The notes under the pieces were generated by a model. That model was given only the letters and a program-made list of their open reading frames with translations. It ran no database searches and was not told the DNA's origin. From contig CM059432.1 in assembly GCA_030390025.1 (NCBI GenBank), positions 114,206,001-114,270,000 of the forward strand: a stretch of 64,000 nt of DNA, read 5' to 3'. Position 1 is the first letter of the stretch. Every line of letters starts with the position of its first letter. The stretch comes from Squalus acanthias (Eukaryota). Positions 62,373-64,000 of the stretch are shown one piece after another. Position numbers and translations under genes: made by a program.

Positions 62373-63134
62373 GGCCCAGAAATTAGGCTCCCTGGCTTCC
62401 CGCGGGTGCAAGGATCCCACGCGCACCTACCTACCGCGCCTGCCGTTGACCTCTGGGCCCACGGGGACTTCAGCTCCTGGGCCTCCTGCAGCTTGTGTGC
62501 AGTGCTTGTGTATCCCAGGGGCGTAGTTAGTGCGATGCGTCCCCTGGGATCACGTGGGCCATGGAGAGCCAATGGCAGCAGACCATCTTTCATTCACAGA
62601 TTTGACAGGAGACCTGTCAAATCTATGAATTGAAATCGGCCCCAAAACAACACCTAAACTTCAAATACATTTTTTAAAAAACCATCACATTTTTAAAATA
62701 ACTATAAGTTAAATAAATTAACTACTTTAAACAAAAACTTTAATTTTTGAAAAAATTAAAATACTTTTTAACAGTGCTAAAAATAAACTTACCTTTCTTT
62801 AAAGTATCTAAAAAAGATAAACCGGTTGAAAATTTTTTTAAATTGTAATTAATTAACCACTTACCTTGTTAAAAACGGGTCTTGTGCCTCCTTTTTAAAA
62901 GCGCAGCTTCTTCCATACTTACCTTCCCGGAGAAACCTGAAAAAAAACCTAAGTTCGCTGCGTGCGCGCAGCCTCTCCCGCGCACGCGGTTCACCTCTGA
63001 ACCCCTCCATGCACGAGACCGGAAGTTCCGGTTTCCCGCGCATGTGCAGTGCATGCAGGAAACCGGCACTTCAGGAGGCCTTACGGGTGAGTACACAGCG
63101 CGTACTCACCCGGCAAGTGCCGAATTTTTGGTCC
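62373..63134. mobile_element. MITE family B, copy 3 (reverse orientation)
   Basis: TIRs GGCCCAGAAATT / AATTTTTGGTCC; TSD ATT. Confidence 0.9.
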
Positions 63135-63137
63135 ATT

Positions 63138-63436
63138 GTGTCTTGTCATGCCCCCCAGGAAATTCTAAAGCCCTGTACAGCCAATTGATTATTTTTGAAG
63201 TGCTATCTCTGTTGGTTAGTCGGTAAAATGGAGTAGCCAATTTGTGCACAGCGAGATCTCATAAACAGCAAATGATCAGACTATTAGCTTTTTTTTGGCA
63301 GTGTTGTTTGAGGGGTGAATATTGGCCCGGGCGCTGGGAGAATCCCCTCCTCCTCTTTAAAATTGTGCTGTGGTATCTTTTATGGACAGTTGCATTGGCA
63401 GATAGGATCTCAGTTTAATTTTTCACCTGAAAGACG
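63138..63436 (-). mobile_element. Deu-domain SINE, degraded
   Basis: Reverse-complement similarity to 8320-8575. Confidence 0.7.
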
Positions 63437-63479
63437 TTGGGGTTTATTTTCAACTTCATCACCTGGGCATTAAGCATCA

Positions 63480-64000
63480 CTTGAGCGGACGTAGAAAGAA
63501 CTATTTGGCAGAGAGGCTCGCATGCTCCTCAGAGAACCTAAAAGGCTTTAAACTAGTAAGACAGGGGAAGGGAGCTACAAGAAATGAAACCAGCCTAAAT
63601 ATAAATGAAACAGGAAAGGAGAGCATAGGAAAGACTAAACTAAGGGAGGACATAGATGGCCAGGGAATAAATAGAACAGGAGTGTAAAAAGATGGTTAAA
63701 AATAAAGTGAGAAGAACTATTAATTAAACTGTCTGTACAGCAATGCACACAGTGTCCGTAATGAAACAGGGGAACTGGAGGCAATAATACGTTGCGAGGA
63801 ACCAGACATAGTAGGGATTACTGAGACATGGCTACAGAAAAATCAGGACTGGGGATTAAACATTGCAGCGTATAACATATTGAGAAAAGATTGAGAGGGA
63901 AAAAGGGGAGGTGGAGTAGCTGTACTTATTAGAGATAACATAATGGCAGTAGAAAAAAGTGATGTATCAGTAAGACAGAAATAGAATCCATGTGGATAGA
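63480..64000 (+). mobile_element. CR1 LINE: end of ORF1 and start of the APE domain (runs off the window)
   Basis: LNCLYSNAHSVRNETGELEA..PDIVGITETWL. Confidence 0.88.

Overview
Repeat-dense vertebrate genomic DNA, most likely a cartilaginous fish (shark). This is inferred from the CR1 tails, the Deu-domain SINE and the Penelope-like families. I could not identify a host gene exon; almost all ORFs come from transposons. The window holds many CR1 LINE fragments, four copies of a compact APE-RT LINE, RTE LINEs, two families of Penelope-like elements with hammerhead ribozyme motifs, PIF/Harbinger transposons (transposase plus Myb/SANT gene), many Harbinger-type MITEs with 3-bp target-site duplications (TSDs), and SINEs, often nested several layers deep. 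The most striking observation is the compact ~3.26-kb LINE (fullest copy 27931-31190). It begins with a tRNA-derived A-box/B-box head, has no ORF1 and no usable in-frame AUG before the endonuclease, and almost entirely lacks TTTT on its sense strand. Together these suggest a Pol III-transcribed autonomous retrotransposon. Coordinates were read by eye and may be off by a few bases.
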